From Pristiophorus japonicus (lineage: Eukaryota), in NCBI RefSeq assembly GCF_044704955.1, contig NW_027254527.1:1-64000 (forward strand): a stretch of 64,000 bases of DNA, given 5' to 3'. The first letter of the stretch is position 1; each line of letters begins with the position of its first letter. Shown here one piece after another: positions 61,801 through 64,000 of the stretch. The notes beneath the pieces were generated by a model. That model did no database searches and was not told the DNA's origin. It was given only the letters and a program-made list of their open reading frames with translations. The translations under genes and the position numbers were made by a program.

Positions 61801-64000
61801 CCCGTCAGTGTACAGATATCTCCCTGAGGGAGAAGGACTGAGTGACACCAGTCAGTGTACAGATATCACCCTGAGGGAGAGGGACTGAAGGACACCAGTC
61901 AGTGTACAGATATCTCCCTGAGGGAGAGGGGACTGAGAGACACCAGTCAGTGTACAGATATCTCCCTGAGGGAGAGGGACTGAGTGACACCAGTCAGTGT
62001 ACAGATATCTCCCTGAGGGAGAGGGACTGAGAGACACCAGTCAGTGTACAGATATCTCCCTGAGGGAGAGGGTCTGAGAGACTCCAGTCAGTGTACAGCT
62101 ATCTCCCTGAGGGAGATGGACTGAGTGACACCAGTCAGTGTACAGATAGCTCACTGAGGGAGAGGGACTGAGAGACACCAGTCAGTGTACAGATATCTCC
62201 CTGAGGGAGAGGGACTGAGAGTCACAAGTAAGTGTACAGATATCTCCCTGAGGGAGAGGGGACTGAGAGACACCAGTCAGTGTACAGATATCTCCCTGAG
62301 GGAGAGGGTCTGAGAGACTCCAGTCAGTGTACAGCTATCTCCCTGAGGGAGAGGGACTGAGTGACACCAGTCAGTGTACAGATATCTCACTGAGGGAGAG
62401 GGACTGAGAGACACCAGTCAGTGTACATATATTTTCCTGAGGGAGAGGGACTGAGAGGCACCAGTCAGTGTACAGATATCTCCCTGAGGGAGAGGGACTG
62501 AGTGACACCAGTCAGTGTACAGATATCTCCCTGAGGGAGAGGGACTGAGAGTCACAAGTAAGTGTACAGATATCTCCCTGAGGGAGAGGGGACTGAGAGA
62601 CACCAGTCAGTGTACAGATATCTCCCTGAGGGAGAGGAACTGAGAGGCACCAGTCAGTGCACAAATATCTCCCTGAGGGAGAGGGACTGAGAGACACCAG
62701 TCAATGTCCAGAAATCTCCCTGAGGAAGAGGGTCTGACAGATACCAGTCAGTGTACAGATATCACCGTGAGGGAGTGGAACTGAGAGACACCAGTCAGTG
62801 TACAGATATCTCACTGAGGGAGAGGGACTGAGAAATACAAGTAAGTGTACTGGCATCTTCCTGAGGGAGAGGTATTGAGAGACACCAGTCAGTGTACAGA
62901 TATCTCCCTGAGGTGGAGGGACCGAGAGACACCAGTCAGTCTACAGATATGTCCCTGAGGGAGTGGGAATTAGAGACACCAATCAGTGTACAGATATGTC
63001 CCTCAGTGAGTGGGACTGAGAGAAACCAGCCAGTGTACAGATATCTCCCTGAGGGAGAGGGACTGAGAGACATCAGTCAATGTACAGGTATCTTCCTGAG
63101 GGACAGGTACTGAGAGACACCAATCAGTGTACAGATATCTCCCTGAGTGGAGGGACCGAGAGACACCAGTCAGTCAACCGATATCCCTGAGGGAGTGGGA
63201 ATTAGAGACACCAATCAGTGTACAGACATCTTCCTGAGGGAGAGGGACTGAGAAACACCAGTCAGTGTACAGATATCTCCCTGAGAGAGAGGGACTGAGA
63301 GACACCAGTCAGTGTACAGATATCTTCCTGAGGGAGAGGGACTGAGAAACACCAGTCAGTGTACAGATATCTCCCTGAGAGAGAGGGACTGAGAGACACC
63401 AGTCAGTGTACAGATATCTCACTGAGGGAGAGGGACTGAGAGACACCAGTCAGTGTACAGGTATCTCCCTGAGGGAGAGGGAATGTGAGACACCAGTCAG
63501 TGTTCAGATATCCCCCTGAGAGAGAGGGGACTGATTGACTCCAGTCAGTGTACAGATATCTCCCTGAGGGAGACGGACAGAGAGACACATGTCAGTATCC
63601 AATATTTCCCTGAGGGAGAGGGACTGACGGACAGCTGTCAGTGTACATATATCACCCTGAGGGAGAGGGATTGAAGGACACCAGTCAATTTACAGATATC
63701 TCCCTGAGGGAGAGGGAATGTGAGACACCATTCAGTGTACAGATATCCCCCTCAGTGAGAAGGATTGAAAGGCACCAATCAGTGTGCAGATATCTCCCTG
63801 AGGCAGAGGGGACTGAGAGACACCAGTCAGTGTACAGATATCACCCTGAGGGAGAGGTTTCTGAGAGACACCCGTCAGTGTGCAGATATCGCTCTGAGGG
63901 AGAGGGACTGAGGGACACCAGTCAGTGTACAGATATCTCCCTGAGGCGGAGGGGACTGAGAGACACCAGTCCGTGTACAGACATCTCTCTGAGGAAGAGG
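58822..64000. repeat. 47-48-bp satellite (GACTGAGAGACACCAGTCAGTGTACAGATATCTCCCTGAGGGAGAGG), over 5 kb, upstream of the VH promoter
   Basis: Direct inspection; runs off the window end. Confidence 0.95.

Overview
Repeat-rich cartilaginous-fish (shark-type) genomic DNA carrying one unrearranged immunoglobulin heavy-chain cluster on the minus strand. Recalled similarity of CH1, CH2 and the tail identifies it as IgW, the IgD orthologue. In transcription order it reads: TATA, leader exon (58527-58482), V exon (58373-58075) with 23-RSS, D1 (12/23), D2 (12/12), 23-RSS J (47668-47621), a 24.4-kb intron, CH1 (23182-22862), CH2 (12153-11848) and a Cys-rich short-form secretory tail (10423-10293). All frames are open and all splice phases match. 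The rest is CR1/L2/RTE LINEs, a Gypsy LTR element nested in an RTE within the V-D interval, SINEs and many minisatellites; most long ORFs in the track are repeat artefacts. The most unusual signal is that two copies of one CR1 subfamily carry different cargo inserted at the same nucleotide (GTGCATGAA^T) with short flanking duplications, while a third copy is empty. One cargo is an apparently spliced cathepsin L 5' fragment with promoter-like motifs. All coordinates were read by eye, repeat boundaries are approximate, and family assignments come from recall rather than database searches.
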